DNA of 64,000 nucleotides from Gaiellales bacterium (GTDB lineage: Bacteria; Actinomycetota; Thermoleophilia; Gaiellales; JAICJC01): positions 13,163 to 77,162 of the forward strand of contig JBBQUW010000009.1 in the NCBI GenBank assembly GCA_038212095.1, given 5' to 3'. Shown in pieces: positions 1 through 10,694 of the stretch. Positions within the stretch are counted from its first letter, which is position 1; each line of letters opens with the position of its first letter. Under the pieces are notes generated by a model. It worked only from the letters and a program-made list of their open reading frames with translations, did no database searches and was not told the DNA's origin. The position numbers were made by a program, and so were the translations under genes.

Positions 1-980
1 TCCGACGAGTCGAGGCCGACCTTCGTGTCCGAGCGGTTGAGCGCGACCGTCACGTTCTCACGTGGGAAGCCCATCAGCTGGAGCGTCTCCAGCCCGACCT
101 TCATGTTCTTCATGCCGGGCAGGTCGAGTGCACCCACCATCACCACGTGCTGCGCCCGGTCGATGGCGGCGATCGTCGTCGGTGTGAAGGCCGGCGGCGT
201 ATCGACGATCACGATCTCGAATTCGGTGCGAGCGATGTCGAGCAGCTCGCCCAGCCCGGCGATCGTGACCGCCTCGGCCTGATCGGGCCGCACCGGCGCC
301 AGCAGCGCCTCGACCCCGTCCACGCTGCGACGCAGGAAGCCGCGCAGCTTGTCGCCGTCCATGGCGCCGCTGGCGGTGACCAGGTCGTAGATCGTGCGGT
401 CAGGCTCGACGCCCAGCACCAGTCCGACGTCGCCGAACTGCAGGTCGAGGTCGATCAGCAGCACCCGGCGACCCTCGGTCGCCAGCTGGGTCGAGATGTT
501 GGTGGCGACGGTCGTCTTGCCGACGCCGCCCTTAGGGCCAAGCACGACCACCAGCGGCGCCTGCGTGCCGACCTCGGCCCGGGAGATGGCCGTCTGCTCG
601 TCCCGCTCGACGCGGGCGAGCGCGGTGTGCACCGCCGCCGCGATCGAGTGGCCGTCGGCCGGCAGGATCACGATCTCGTGGGCGCCCGCCTTGAGCGCCT
701 CCGAGATGAATCCGTTCGGCGGTCCGGGCATCGCCACGATCAGCGCCATCTCAGGGCGAGCCGACTGGCTCTCCTCGAGCAGCTCGGTGACGTCCGCCAC
801 GGTGGGCGAGAACAACACCATCGCCTCGCTGTGGTCGCGCTCGGCGGCCATCAGCGCCTTTCCGAAATCGGCCAATCCGCCGGTGACGAGCACGCCGCTG
901 GATCCATTCGGCATCGCGCCGTCCAGCAGATCGCCCGGAAACCGTGCATGGGCCGCAAGTGTTACTCGTGGATCAGCCAT
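1..980 (-). CDS. cpaE: Tad/Flp pilus assembly protein CpaE/TadZ (receiver-like N-domain + MinD/ParA-type ATPase); C-terminus cut by window edge
   Basis: Own minus-strand translation from ATG at 980 (MADPRVTLAAHARFPGDLL...): deviant Walker A VVVLGPKGGVGKTTVATN, LLIDLDLQFGDV, IVIVDTPP; 1-nt stop/start overlap (TGATG) with cpaB; absent from ORF track because no stop lies inside the window. Confidence 0.8.
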   Translation of the reverse strand, partial: MADPRVTLAAHARFPGDLLDGAMPNGSSGVLVTGGLADFGKALMAAERDHSEAMVLFSPTVADVTELLEESQSARPEMALIVAMPGPPNGFISEALKAGAHEIVILPADGHSIAAAVHTALARVERDEQTAISRAEVGTQAPLVVVLGPKGGVGKTTVATNISTQLATEGRRVLLIDLDLQFGDVGLVLGVEPDRTIYDLVTASGAMDGDKLRGFLRRSVDGVEALLAPVRPDQAEAVTIAGLGELLDIARTEFEIVIVDTPPAFTPTTIAAIDRAQHVVMVGALDLPGMKNMKVGLETLQLMGFPRENVTVALNRSDTKVGLDSS

Positions 981-1795
981 CAGCCGAAGCTCCTGACCAG
1001 CTTGGCGATCGGGCCGACGGCGCTGTTGTTGCCGCGCAGCACGTTGCCGACCGTGATCGGGTTGGCGGACAGCTCGGACGCGGTGCCGGGCGGCCGCAGT
1101 GCGAAGAACAGCGTGCACTTCTCCTGCGCGAACGCGAGCTGCGAGACGGCCGACGCGGCCACTGCCAGGGTCAGCACCGGGTTGCTGTTGGTGCTGGACA
1201 GCTTGGCGCCGCCCGCGTTCGGGTCGTCGGGAGCCCGCAGCACGAGCACGTTGGACGAGACCACCTTGGTCACCGCGATCGACGTTGCCCCGGGCAGCGA
1301 AAGGCCGTTGGCGGCGACCGGCAGCACGTCGCAGGTCGTCAGCACGTCGACGTGGTCGCCGGCCTGTACCTGGCCGATCATGCCGCTCGCGTTGTCGACC
1401 GGGAAGGCCATCGCGCGCTGGTCGGCCTGCAGCTTGACCGCGGGCGAGGTGGTGTCTGACCGCTGGAACTGGTTGGTGGTGAGCTGGGCGCCGGGGAAGA
1501 TGTCGGCACGCGCCACCAGGCCCTTCAGCTGGTTGGGATCAGAGATCGCGCCGTCGGCCAGGGAACCGGCCGAGACGGTGTCGATGCGGTACATCTTTCC
1601 GTCCACGATCTGGTTGCCGGGCGTGAACTGCGGCACGGTCTGGGTAGCGACCAGGATCTTCACCTGGGCGCCCTTGGAGTCGATGTTCGACTTGTAGTTG
1701 TGGACGTAGATCAGCACCACCAGCGCGGCGGCGGCCGCCAACACGATGGCGATCGCCAGTGCGCCGAGGCGAGTGGAAAGCAGACGAGTACTCAC
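980..1795 (-). CDS. cpaB: Flp pilus assembly protein CpaB/RcpC
   Basis: 271-aa ORF; N-terminal membrane anchor LGALAIAIVLAAAAALVVLIYV then SAF/RcpC-like beta-rich body; located between tadG-like gene and cpaE. Confidence 0.8.
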   Translation of the reverse strand: MSTRLLSTRLGALAIAIVLAAAAALVVLIYVHNYKSNIDSKGAQVKILVATQTVPQFTPGNQIVDGKMYRIDTVSAGSLADGAISDPNQLKGLVARADIFPGAQLTTNQFQRSDTTSPAVKLQADQRAMAFPVDNASGMIGQVQAGDHVDVLTTCDVLPVAANGLSLPGATSIAVTKVVSSNVLVLRAPDDPNAGGAKLSSTNSNPVLTLAVAASAVSQLAFAQEKCTLFFALRPPGTASELSANPITVGNVLRGNNSAVGPIAKLVRSFG

Positions 1796-1820
1796 GGTTC
1801 GATCATTCCTTTCGGTTGGT

Positions 1821-3569
1821 TCAGCCGCCCCATGGCATCAGCGCCACGGCCTTAAGGCAGATGTTCTGGCGGCAGGTCGTGTCGTACGGCCCGCTGGGGT
1901 TGACCTTGTCCCAATAGAAGCCCCGCACCGAGCCCTGCTGGAGGCTCGGGTCATCGGTGTGGTACGCGGTGATGTAGAAGTTGCCGAAGCCCGTTACCAG
2001 GACTGGCTTGGTGCCGTTGATGTCCTGATATGCGAGTGGCTGAACCAGGAGCAGGGCGACCCAACGCGGGTCCCCGGGCGGCGGCGGATCGTTGGCCGGA
2101 TCAGGCGCGGACTGGCCGGCGTAGTGGCTGGGAGATCCGTTGATACGGATGTCGAGACCCTGATCTACCTGTCCCGCCGAAACGCCGGTTTGAGTCGGCA
2201 CGGTGTCGCCGACGGCGTAAGGTGTGATGGCGCCGTATGCCACCTCGTCGCGCAGCGTGCGGCCGGGGTCGAGATCGAGCTTGTCGTAGTTGCCCTGCTG
2301 CCCGTTGGCCTGGCCGCCTGCCAACGCGAGCGTGATGACATGGCCCTTGACAAGCACCTGGAAAGCGACGCTGAGCGCGATACTGCGGCGCGAGTCGTTG
2401 GCGGCCCAGCTGTTGTCGACGTAGTTCGAGCCCTGGCCATACTGCTGCAGCAACGCGCTGTCGTTCCGCGAGTAGGCCTGCTGAACGTTGGCCGCGTCGC
2501 AGCCCTTCTTGCAGCTGCCGCTGGAGGTGGTGACCACCGTGACCGTTATGCCTTGGGCGCCGCCGGCGGTGTCGCTTGTGAACGCGTTCGTGGCCGTGTT
2601 CCAGTTGCCGTCCGCAAGCGAGCCGCTCATCCCACTGCTACCCACCGCAACCGTCTTGGTGACGCCGTTGTATGTGATCTGGACGCCGGTGGTAGTGCTG
2701 GGAAGGTTGCTCAGATGAGCCTGGACGCCGAACGTCTTTGTCGCCGTCGTGGACGTGTAATAGATGAAGGGGTCGGTGATCGGCTTGATGATCACGTCCT
2801 TGACCACGCACGATCCGCCGGCCGCGCCGGTACAGCCGGTGATGTTCTCGTTCGACCCGATCCACCCCACGTTGGGGAACGAGATCACCTTGCCCGAGGC
2901 ATCTGTCACCTCGACCGTGACTGGCGCTCCTCCCGCCGGCAGCGCAGCGCTGATCGGCATCGTGCCACACCAGAACGGGAAGCCCTCACTGGTCGACTGC
3001 TGGGGGGAGCACACTCCCAGCTGGTAGGTGGCGCCGTTCACCTTCGCCACAACAGTTTTCGGCTGAAGGTTCTCGACTCCGATAGGAGCGAGACCCTTGG
3101 CGCTTGTCAGGTAGACGATCTGCGCGCGTGCCCGGGCGCTGAGCGTACTCGAACCGAAGCCCAGCGTTCGACCGAACCACCAGGGCACGTTCGATTCTGA
3201 CGGCCAGACCCTGACCGAGGGATTTCCGCTGGCAGTGTTCAGAATTTCGCAAATGGTCGTGGTGTCCAGATTTGTGTTGTTGATCAAGTTCTTGGAATCG
3301 GTGAGGTCCGTGTTCCGGCGCTCGAAGTAGTCGGACTGGCTGCCCGCTCCGCAGACGTTGGCCTGGCTCTGGATCAGTTGAGCAGCTCCCGCCAGCGCTC
3401 CCGCATCCGCCGCTGTTTGCAACTGCCGGCGGTGCGCGCGGAAGTTGCCGATGTCTATCGACATCGCGGCAACGCCCAGCAGCACCGTCAGCGAGATTGC
3501 GACCAACGCCAAGACTGCGCCCGACTCGTGCGACCCTGCGCGGGACGCGACCCGAAGCTTGGTCAGCAT
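1821..3569 (-). CDS. TadG-like pilus-associated protein (TadE/G N-terminal motif, large extracytoplasmic body)
   Basis: 582 aa; GAVLALVAISLTVLLGVAAMSIDIGNFRAHRRQLQTAADAGALAGA is the Tad_N pseudopilin-like motif; 7-nt overlap with tadE-like gene. Confidence 0.7.
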   Translation of the reverse strand: MLTKLRVASRAGSHESGAVLALVAISLTVLLGVAAMSIDIGNFRAHRRQLQTAADAGALAGAAQLIQSQANVCGAGSQSDYFERRNTDLTDSKNLINNTNLDTTTICEILNTASGNPSVRVWPSESNVPWWFGRTLGFGSSTLSARARAQIVYLTSAKGLAPIGVENLQPKTVVAKVNGATYQLGVCSPQQSTSEGFPFWCGTMPISAALPAGGAPVTVEVTDASGKVISFPNVGWIGSNENITGCTGAAGGSCVVKDVIIKPITDPFIYYTSTTATKTFGVQAHLSNLPSTTTGVQITYNGVTKTVAVGSSGMSGSLADGNWNTATNAFTSDTAGGAQGITVTVVTTSSGSCKKGCDAANVQQAYSRNDSALLQQYGQGSNYVDNSWAANDSRRSIALSVAFQVLVKGHVITLALAGGQANGQQGNYDKLDLDPGRTLRDEVAYGAITPYAVGDTVPTQTGVSAGQVDQGLDIRINGSPSHYAGQSAPDPANDPPPPGDPRWVALLLVQPLAYQDINGTKPVLVTGFGNFYITAYHTDDPSLQQGSVRGFYWDKVNPSGPYDTTCRQNICLKAVALMPWGG

Positions 3570-3970
3570 CCGCCTTGCCCCGCGTAGTTGATGGGCGCAG
3601 CTTCGAGCCGGAAGCTCGCAGTCGAGGCGAGGTTTAGGGAGCTGCCCAGGAACGAGCTGAGCAGCGGGATCACGTAGGTGTAGGTGTACGGCACGTGGGC
3701 GGTGATGGTGTCGCCGACGCTGGGACTTGCATTGCCGGTGTTGGGGTTGGGCGTGCAGGTAAAGAAGACTCCGGTTGCGGCCGTCTTGCCGGCCGGGTCG
3801 TTGACCGCCGCCAGCCTGCCCGCCTCGCGGGCGTCGTGCTCGATCGAGACCTTCTGGAACATGATCAGGCCGAACTCGATGATGCCGAACAGCACCAGCA
3901 GCAGCGGCAGCAGCACGATCGTGAACTCGACCAGGCTCTGGCCGCTCTCGTTGCGCGCACGTCGTCTCAC
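3563..3970 (-). CDS. tadE: TadE-like pseudopilin
   Basis: 135 aa; ESGQSLVEFTIVLLPLLLVLFGIIEFGLIMF is the TadE-family N-terminal motif; 4-nt overlap with upstream ORF. Confidence 0.8.
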   Translation of the reverse strand: MRRRARNESGQSLVEFTIVLLPLLLVLFGIIEFGLIMFQKVSIEHDAREAGRLAAVNDPAGKTAATGVFFTCTPNPNTGNASPSVGDTITAHVPYTYTYVIPLLSSFLGSSLNLASTASFRLEAAPINYAGQGGC

Positions 3971-4392
3971 GCCTCTCCTCCGATCAGTCGCAGACGGGGC
4001 CCAGAGACGAGCCGCACCAACGTCTCGGTGTTGGCGTTCTCGAGCGGGCCGGAGGTGACCGCGCCCAGGTCGTCGAACCAGGTCGGGCCGGTGTCGGACA
4101 GGTAGACCACCGTCGCTCGGGTGTGAGCTAAGCGGTGGGTGATCAGCGGGCGGACGATCGCCTCGTCGAGGTACGTCACGTCCACGATCACCAGATCGGG
4201 CTCGAGCTGTTCGGCGGCGGTGTCGAAGGCGGCTCCGGGGAACGGCACCGCCGAGACCTCGGCGACATCTGTCAGCGGACCTTCGAGCACGCGCATGTTG
4301 AGCGTGGTGAGGCCGACCAGCAGCACGCGCTTAGCGCGTCGTGGTCGGCGAGCGGCTCGGGAAGAGGGTGCGGACACACCTCCAAGGTGCAC
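3967..4392 (-). CDS. hypothetical protein with degenerate receiver-like pattern
   Basis: 141-aa ORF, GTG start uncertain; KRVLLVG...PDLVIVDVTYLD...TVVYLSD spacing resembles beta1/beta3/beta4 of a CheY fold but lacks the N-terminal acidic pair; translationally coupled to tadE. Confidence 0.5.
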   Translation of the reverse strand: MHLGGVSAPSSRAARRPRRAKRVLLVGLTTLNMRVLEGPLTDVAEVSAVPFPGAAFDTAAEQLEPDLVIVDVTYLDEAIVRPLITHRLAHTRATVVYLSDTGPTWFDDLGAVTSGPLENANTETLVRLVSGPRLRLIGGEA

Positions 4393-4482
4393 GCGTCAGA
4401 CCGCCGCCGCCATCGGCCGTACGGCGTATCCCCCTGGGGGATCTTTACTCACCCCGAGCGGCGCCTGGCGGCGGCGTCAGGG

Positions 4483-5148
4483 TCAGACCGCGTGCGCGCT
4501 GAGCGTGCGGTAGCGCGCCGCGGCAGCCGAGCGGTTGGGCGCTTCGAGCTTGGCCAGGATGTTCGAGACGTGCGTGCGCACCGTCTCGACCGAGATGCAC
4601 AGCCGCTGCGAGACCTCGCGGTTGGTGAGCCCTGTGGAGACCTGTTCAAGCACCTGCCACTCGCGCTTGGTGAGGCGGCGATCGGAGGGCAGCAGGGCGG
4701 CCTCGGGCTGCGACTGGGCCTGGGTGCGGAACTCCTCGACCAGGCGGGCGGTCAACTCGCGGCTGAGCGGCGCCTCGCCGCGCAGCGCGGCCGCGATCGA
4801 CTCCGCCCACGCGCGGCCGGGCATCTCCTTGGTCAGGTAGCCGACAGCTCCGGCGCGCAGGGCCGGGAACACCTGCTCGGGCGAGCCCTCGGCGCCGATC
4901 GCGATCACCGCAAGACCCGCGTTACGCGCCAGGCCGATCACCTCGAGTGCCGCTCGGGGCGCGGGAGCCAGCGCCACGTCGACCAGCATCGCGACGGCGG
5001 TGCGTCGGGCGATCATGCTGATCGCCTCCTCGCGGTCGCCGGTGGCGGCGCTGACGTTCAGTCCGTGCTCGCGTAGCGCCGCAACGATTCCCATACGAGA
5101 GATCTCGTTGGGGTCGCAGACGGCGATGGGGGGGGAGCCTGGAACCAT
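4483..5148 (-). CDS. LuxR/NarL-family response regulator with atypical receiver
   Basis: C-terminal LTKREWQVLEQVSTGLTNREVSQRLCISVETVRTHVSNILAKLE = LuxR HTH; N-domain IAVCDPNE...AMLVDVAL...GYLTKE. ORF-track start 5202 rejected (first 18 codons AT-rich/rare, upstream of predicted TSS); ATG 5148 preferred. Confidence 0.75.
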   Translation of the reverse strand: MVPGSPPIAVCDPNEISRMGIVAALREHGLNVSAATGDREEAISMIARRTAVAMLVDVALAPAPRAALEVIGLARNAGLAVIAIGAEGSPEQVFPALRAGAVGYLTKEMPGRAWAESIAAALRGEAPLSRELTARLVEEFRTQAQSQPEAALLPSDRRLTKREWQVLEQVSTGLTNREVSQRLCISVETVRTHVSNILAKLEAPNRSAAAARYRTLSAHAV

Positions 5149-5189
5149 AGCTTGTACTTGCAATCTCGACAACAATAGTATGTCACTTG

Positions 5190-5218
5190 ACCGTACGTGC
5201 ATTGTGTTACGCCGTCAA
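5190..5218 (-). promoter_or_regulatory. candidate promoter of the regulator-tad operon
   Basis: minus strand reads TTGACG-17 nt-TACGGT inside the only AT-richer stretch between the ABC-F stop and the regulator gene. Confidence 0.35.
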
Positions 5219-5235
5219 GCCGCCGTCGGCTCCGT

Positions 5236-7116
<1,881 letters not shown>

Positions 7117-8097
7117 CTAGAGCTCGAGCACGATCTTGCCGAATCTCTCAGGCTCGGCCAGGCGGTGGTGGGCGCGAGCGGCCTGCTCGAGCGGGAACAC
7201 GCCGTCCACCACCGGCCGCCAGGTCGCCCGGGCGACGTGGTCGAGCAGCGCGTCGAACTCGCGTGGGCTGCCCATGGTGGTGCCGAGGATGTTCCACTGA
7301 CCGAAGAAGAGTTGGGGGATGTCGAGCGCGGCCACCGCGCCGGCCGTACGGCCGAAGCTGACCAGCGTGCCGCCACCACGCAGGCACTCGAACGCGCCTG
7401 GCCAGCTCGACCAGCCACTGCTGTCCACCACCAGGTCGACCTCGCCAACCTGCTTGGGCCAGTCGTCGTCGGTGTACAGCACGCCGCTCGCAGCCCCCAG
7501 TTCGAGCGCGCGATCGAGCTTCTGGGCGCTGGACGAGGTGACGGTCACCTCCGCGCCATGCGCCGCGGCGATCTGAATCAGGAAGGTGGACGCGCCACCG
7601 CCCGCGCCGGTCACCAGCACCCGCATGCCGTCGGTGATCCGGCCGCGCGTGACCAGCGCCCGCCAGGCCGTCAGCCCGCACAGCGGCAGCGCCGCCGCCT
7701 CGTGCCAGGACAGGTTGGTGGGCCGTGGCCGCACGTGGTCGGCCGGGATCGCTATCCGCTCGGCGTAGGTGCCCTGCCGCGGAATGCCGAGGATCGCCCA
7801 GCCGGGGGCAGGAGCCTGCTCGCCATCGCCCCAGCCGACGCTGGGATTGATCACGACCTCGGCTCCCAGGCTGACGCCGCCGACTCCCTCACCCAGCTCC
7901 ACAATGCGACCGGCTCCGTCCGAGCCCAGCACGGCACCCTCGTTGCCGGTGCTCTCGCGCTGCCACACGTCTCGGTGGTTGAGAGCAGCCGCGACCAGCT
8001 CGACCACCACCTCGCCCGGCTGGGGGCGGGGATCGTCGATCTCGGCCGGCTGAAGAGCCTCCGGCGGTCCGCTCGCTTGCAGGGTGATGGCGCGCAT
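7117..8097 (-). CDS. zinc-type alcohol dehydrogenase / quinone oxidoreductase (MDR superfamily)
   Basis: MRAITLQASGPPEALQPAEIDDPRPQPGEVVVELVAAALNHRDVW..., Rossmann VLVTGAGGGASTF; start taken at ATG 8097 (MRAIT) rather than ORF-track 8130; stop abuts ABC-F start (TAGATG). Confidence 0.8.
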   Translation of the reverse strand: MRAITLQASGPPEALQPAEIDDPRPQPGEVVVELVAAALNHRDVWQRESTGNEGAVLGSDGAGRIVELGEGVGGVSLGAEVVINPSVGWGDGEQAPAPGWAILGIPRQGTYAERIAIPADHVRPRPTNLSWHEAAALPLCGLTAWRALVTRGRITDGMRVLVTGAGGGASTFLIQIAAAHGAEVTVTSSSAQKLDRALELGAASGVLYTDDDWPKQVGEVDLVVDSSGWSSWPGAFECLRGGGTLVSFGRTAGAVAALDIPQLFFGQWNILGTTMGSPREFDALLDHVARATWRPVVDGVFPLEQAARAHHRLAEPERFGKIVLEL

Positions 8098-8105
8098 CGT
8101 GTCCG

Positions 8106-8112
8106 TATGATG
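8106..8112. promoter_or_regulatory. overlapping divergent -10-like boxes in a 22-bp spacer
   Basis: plus strand TATGAT (8106-8111) 8 nt before ATG 8120; minus strand CATCAT (8112-8107) 9 nt before ATG 8097. Confidence 0.35.
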
Positions 8113-8119
8113 CCCGGTC

Positions 8120-9160
8120 ATGCACGACACCGCCTTCCTCTACCTGTCCCAGGAGGACGTGGTGGCCGCCGGCGGCCTCGATATGGCCGCCGTGGTGGAC
8201 GTGATCGAGCGCGCATTCCTGGTCAAGGCCGCCGGTCAGGTGCAGATGCCGCCCAAGGTGATGATCGGCTGGTCGGACGAGCCCGGCAGCGAGGAGCGGC
8301 ACGGCCGCATCATGGCGATGCCGGCCTACGTCGGCGGAGAGTTCGACGTGGCCGGGCTGAAGTGGATTCCTAGCGTCCCCGACAATCCACGGCTGCGCGG
8401 CCTGCCGCGCGCAAACGCCCTGGTGCTGCTCAGCGACCGGGAGACCGGGCTGCCGCTGGCCGTGATGGACGGCACGGTCGTCTCGGCGATGCGTACGGGC
8501 GCGGTGACGGGCGTGGCGGTGCGGCATCTGGCTGACCCCGCCGCCCGGCGGGCATGCCTGCTGGGCGCCGGCGTCCTCGCCCACACCCAGCTGGCCGCCC
8601 TGCGGGTGGTGATGCCGTCGCTGCAGCGGGTGGACGTCTACGACCCCGATCAGCCGCGCAGCCGCGCCTTCTGCAGGAAGGAGGCCGCTGACGGGCTCCA
8701 GCTACGGCCGGCCGAGTCCGCCGAGCAGGCCGTGCGTGGCGCGCAGGTGGTGGTGCCGGCGACGATGGCGGTCGAGCCCACGTTTCGGCCGGAGTGGCTG
8801 GACGAGGGCGTGACGGTGGTGCTGGTATCGAGCCTGGACGGCCCGGAGACGCTGCATGCCACCACCGACCTGCTGGTGGTCGACGACTGGCTGCATGAGT
8901 CGACGCACGCCGGACGCTACGCGCAGCGATTGGTGGCGGCGGGGAAGCTGACCGCCTCGGGAGAGGGCGTCGTCGAGCTGGCCGAGGTGGTCTGCGGACG
9001 GCACCCCGGACGCACGTCCCCCGCTCAGCGGATCGTGGTCAGTCCGGTCGGCCTGGCGCTGGACGACGTGACCGCGGCCAAGTACGTGCTCGACAACGCG
9101 CGGCGGCTGGGAGTGGGCAGCGAGCTGCGGCTGCGCGCCGGTTCGCCGATCTGGGAGTAG
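8120..9160 (+). CDS. ornithine cyclodeaminase / mu-crystallin family enzyme
   Basis: 346 aa; N-terminal LYLSQEDVVAAGGLDMAAVVDVIERAF..., Rossmann LLGAGVLAHTQLAAL, family-typical length. Confidence 0.7.
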   Translation: MHDTAFLYLSQEDVVAAGGLDMAAVVDVIERAFLVKAAGQVQMPPKVMIGWSDEPGSEERHGRIMAMPAYVGGEFDVAGLKWIPSVPDNPRLRGLPRANALVLLSDRETGLPLAVMDGTVVSAMRTGAVTGVAVRHLADPAARRACLLGAGVLAHTQLAALRVVMPSLQRVDVYDPDQPRSRAFCRKEAADGLQLRPAESAEQAVRGAQVVVPATMAVEPTFRPEWLDEGVTVVLVSSLDGPETLHATTDLLVVDDWLHESTHAGRYAQRLVAAGKLTASGEGVVELAEVVCGRHPGRTSPAQRIVVSPVGLALDDVTAAKYVLDNARRLGVGSELRLRAGSPIWE

Positions 9161-9192
9161 CGGCGGCGGCGACCGGCCGCTCTCGCCGCCCG

Positions 9193-9198
9193 TACCAT
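9193..9198 (+). promoter_or_regulatory. -10-like hexamer, leaderless MFS gene
   Basis: TACCAT followed by 9 nt then ATG 9208. Confidence 0.3.
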
Positions 9199-9207
9199 GC
9201 CTGCTCG

Positions 9208-10407
9208 ATGCGTAACGTCCTGCTCACGACCCGCGATGGCCGCCGCTTCCTGGTCGCCCAGCTGATGGATTCGCTGGGCGGCGGGCTGTCATCGGTGGTG
9301 CTGCCGTGGCTGGTGCTTGACGCCGGCGGGTCGAGCTCCGAGGCAGGCGCCGCCTTCCTGGTCGGCACGATCCCCTACGTGCTGTTGGGCCTACCGGCCG
9401 GCGACGTCGGAGACCGCCACTCTCGACGCGGTGTGATGTCGCTGGGCGTCACCGTGCAGCTGCTGACGGCGCTGGTGATCCCGGTGGTGGTGCTCGCGGG
9501 CACCAACGCCCGTGACCTGCCGCTGGCGCTGATCTATGCGGCCGGACTTGGCGTCACGGCCGGCCGCGTATTCGTGGACGCGGCCGCGTTTGGCGCAGTC
9601 GCGCGGCTGGTGGGCGAGGGCAACTTCGTCCAGGGCCAGTCGGCGCTCTCGTTCGTCTGGTCGCTTGGCCTGCTGGTCGGGCCGGCGCTGGGAGGTGCGC
9701 TGATCGGGCTGGTCGGCGCCGACGACGCGCTATGGGTGCAGGCAGCGGGGTTTGCCGTCGCACTGGTGCTGCTGACCTCGATGCGCGTCGACCTCGGGCC
9801 CGGCGCCGACAGCCGCCACGCTCGGGACGGCCTGACGGCCGGACTGATGCTGGTCGTCCGCGATCCGACGTTGCGCCTCCTGACCGCGGTTGGAATGGCG
9901 TGGAACCTGGCCGTGAACATGATCTACTCGCTGCTGGTCGTGTTCGCCCGCGGCCAGCTGGGGGCGGGCGGGCCGGAGACCGGCTGGATGCTGGCCATCG
10001 GCGGTGCCGCCGGGCTGCTGGGAGGCGTCTCGGCACCGGCCGTGCTGCGCCGGTTCGGCATCGGCCTGGCGTTGCGTGGCGCACTGCTGGGCACCGCGGT
10101 GGCGGCGATCGGGCTGGCGCTGGCTCGAACTGTGCCCGAGGGTACGGTCGGCTTCGCGCTGCTCGAGGCATCTGGCCTGCTGTTCATCACGCTGCTGATC
10201 ACCGAGCGTCAGAATCGCGCTGGCGCCAACGAGCAGGCGCGAGTCGGCATCACCGGTCGCATGGCCGCGCTGCTCGCCGCCACCACCGGTGGCGTGATCG
10301 CCAGCCTGCTGGTCGCGCACATGACCCCCTCCCAGGTGTTCGCGCTCTCGGCCGCCGCCACCACCGTGGTGGCGCTGGCTGCGCAGCGGCTGCTGCGGGT
10401 GCTCTAG
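9208..10407 (+). CDS. MFS transporter
   Basis: 399 aa, about 12 hydrophobic segments; loop 2-3 motif GLPAGDVGDRHSRRGVM (MFS motif A). Confidence 0.85.
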   Translation: MRNVLLTTRDGRRFLVAQLMDSLGGGLSSVVLPWLVLDAGGSSSEAGAAFLVGTIPYVLLGLPAGDVGDRHSRRGVMSLGVTVQLLTALVIPVVVLAGTNARDLPLALIYAAGLGVTAGRVFVDAAAFGAVARLVGEGNFVQGQSALSFVWSLGLLVGPALGGALIGLVGADDALWVQAAGFAVALVLLTSMRVDLGPGADSRHARDGLTAGLMLVVRDPTLRLLTAVGMAWNLAVNMIYSLLVVFARGQLGAGGPETGWMLAIGGAAGLLGGVSAPAVLRRFGIGLALRGALLGTAVAAIGLALARTVPEGTVGFALLEASGLLFITLLITERQNRAGANEQARVGITGRMAALLAATTGGVIASLLVAHMTPSQVFALSAAATTVVALAAQRLLRVL

Positions 10408-10565
10408 GCCCGCTTGCGCATCTTCTGCGCATGCCACTCGGCCAACTCGTCGTCGGAGAGGTGGGCCGGCGGCAGGCGCCGCACGTAGACCGCGAACCGT
10501 GCCAGGAAGCCAAGTCCGAGCAGCGGCGCGATGATGTGCGGCAGGTGAGTCAGGACGAAGGTCAC
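10404..10565 (-). CDS. possible small membrane protein (53 aa)
   Basis: GTG at 10565: VTFVLTHLPHIIAPLLGLGFLARFAVYVRRLPPAHLSDDELAEWHAQKMRKRA; high GC3; it is the only plausible part of the 306-aa shadow ORF 10404-11324. Confidence 0.35.
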   Translation of the reverse strand: MTFVLTHLPHIIAPLLGLGFLARFAVYVRRLPPAHLSDDELAEWHAQKMRKRA

Positions 10566-10620
10566 GGCCCACCGGGGATGATGCCACGAACCCGCCTCGC
10601 ACAGCGTGTCGCGGTTCTCG

Positions 10621-10649
10621 TTGCCGTCGTCCCGGCGGGACCATAGAAT
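10621..10649 (+). promoter_or_regulatory. candidate promoter of ctaC-ctaD-ctaE operon
   Basis: TTGCCG-17 nt-TAGAAT; followed by a ~45-nt leader with GAGGAG 6 nt before TTG start 10695. Confidence 0.4.
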
Positions 10650-10694
10650 GCGCCCGCAGCGCCCCGCCCGGGGCGGTCGGTCGAGGAGAGTCGT

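Noticed and set aside
147-1697. 516-aa plus-strand ORF, together with the many other long ORFs at 5197-6312, 5207-6529, 6475-8373, 9554-10644, 12479-13588, 17135-18562, 21210-23085 and 35071-36436
   Set aside because: They are antisense or out-of-frame shadows of well-supported genes, as is typical of high-GC DNA. Their products are Arg/Ala/Pro/Gly-rich low-complexity strings with no motifs.
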